Source: Trichosphaerium sp. ATCC 40318
Lineage: Eukaryota; Protista; Tubulinea
Direction: 5' to 3'
Length of the DNA: 64,000 nt
Assembly: GCA_038496445.1 (NCBI GenBank)
Contig: JALMLS010000131.1
Span: forward strand, 1-64,000
In this document: piece after piece, positions 62,290 through 64,000 of the stretch
Numbering within the stretch: the first letter of the stretch is position 1
Layout: every line of letters starts with the position of its first letter
Notes under the pieces: generated by a model
What the model saw: only the letters and a program-made list of their open reading frames with translations
The model's database searches: none
What the model was told of the DNA's origin: nothing
Made by a program: the position numbers and the translations under genes

Positions 62290-63351
62290 TGTGAGAAAAT
62301 GATAACAATAGTAAAAATAGTATCAACCAAAAAAAAAGTGTAAAAATAACTAGCTACTGTTGCGGAGAAAATTAATTCCATGTTGTATGTCCATTTCCCG
62401 ACCTTGCAAAAACCTTTGGACTTGTACTTCTCGTAATATAATTTATTTTTGGCTCATAATTTTAAATAAAATATATTTTCACACGAAAGTAAAGAATTCT
62501 GATTTGTCCTATTTTTGGCAACTGGTTTTTTTTTCAATTGTAAAGTTTAATAACACGCTTGTGACTCCTGTGTCCACTGTCAAATATTCGTGCTCTTAAT
62601 AATAGTCTATTATAGAAGTCAAAATGTGCCCAACTTAGAACAGTACTCTGATGGCTACTTGGCGGCATTGAGGGACCGCTTCAATAAAGTATAAGTAGTC
62701 TATTGTAGAAGTCAAATTGACGTAAGAACCATTTTGTAACTTGGTTCCTAAATTTAGCGATTGTTTGCATTTGTTTGCATTGTTCGAAAACTATGTGAGT
62801 GTAGGACAACGAATGCCAGCAAGGTACGGGCTCGGTTCGCTTTCGGGAACGCCTGTGGCTTTAAAAAAATGCAAACTAAATTTAGTGTCCGACAAACGGT
62901 TTGCCTTACTTACGCTATAAACGCCGAAAAAAACTTCGTGTGGCAGTAAGAGCACAGAAAACTAAAAAGTTTTTATTTCCCCGACAAGTTACATGTTGAA
63001 CTAGTAAATCTTATTTGGTGCAAAATCTGTTCAACAGAGAATGATCGCATTATCATATTAGTCTATACTACATTCTCAAGAGGGAGGGAGCATATGGCAA
63101 GCAATAATGGGTTTTACCAATTTTACCAAAAAGTCACACCGAAACGTTCCCAAAACTGAACCGAAAATGATCCGAAACAATAATGTAGCATACATAATCC
63201 CACGGCTTTGTAACATGTTTTAAAACATTCTGCCAAAACTAAAAATGGCACATGACAGACGATGAAGTTTAATAGAGGAACTTTTAGCAAATTTTTTTCA
63301 CTAGTTTACTCCTCATTTGTTTCTTGTTGTAGTACGTTTTTAGTTCACAAG

Positions 63352-64000
63352 CTATACTACTGGTACAATTGGAAATTCATGTACTGATTTTGCACCAAGT
63401 TCTTCGAAGGTTTCTTTAGAAACCCAACATTTGTTGAAAGAATCCAATGTTGCAACTTTTGAACCACCAAGCCAAGAAGAAAAAGCTCTTGAAGTAGATG
63501 CTACTATACTGACATCTTCTACTGTAGTGTTAAGAAACTTTATCTCTTTAGAAAGGCGCTCTTTGAATCCTTTAGTCAGTGTACTACCACCAGAAATACA
63601 TACGTTGCTGTAAAGGCTCTGTTGATAGTACAATAAGTACTACAGCAAAAAAAAATCAAACAGTACCTTCCTGACATCACTAGGACATGCCATTATTGTA
63701 TCATGTGCGAGTCTATGAATGCCGTAACCGCTCATACCAATAAGGGATGGATCAAAAAAAGCTTCATTGCACTTAAACAGCTCTAACCCAGCAGGAATAT
63801 CCTTTCCATTTGGAAGCTCATACGTAACCGCTTTTAAACTCATTCCTATTTCTTTCTTAAAATTAAGTGCTATATAACTCATCTTCTCCTTCATATCACG
63901 GATAATATCTACCTCAGCACTTGTTGTAAAAGAATAACCTCTGCTGTTAAGCAATTTAACAAGGTACTCAGTAATATCACGTCCACCAATGTCAATTGTC
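63352..64000 (-). CDS. Divergent actin/actin-related protein, 5'-partial
   Basis: IGGRDITEYL, RGYSFTTSAE, YELPNG, LYSNVCISGGST, SSWLGGS. Confidence 0.88.

Overview
Gene-dense, intron-rich, AT-rich eukaryotic nuclear DNA with most introns about 40-130 nt and donors mostly GTACGT/GTAAGT/GTATGT. The gene content (Frizzled/Smoothened-like GPCR, Zn2Cys6 factors, sedolisin, Integrator) suggests a free-living amoeboid protist; this is inference. I reconstructed about 28 protein genes by hand splicing, so exon boundaries are approximate. Elements the ORF track misses or splits: a complete SRP (7SL) RNA gene inside an intron of a SCAF4/8-Nrd1/Seb1-type CID-RRM gene; a spliced, tail-less H3-like histone-fold gene; a full-length hAT transposon (24-bp TIRs, 8-bp TSD, one nonsense codon); two non-autonomous elements; a U12-type intron; and a membrane-anchored YqaJ/lambda-exonuclease. 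Also present are an intron-free F-box/LRR-MORN island with hypervariable LRR faces, an intronised bacterial-type FabH, and a strong window-wide excess of CACGTG.
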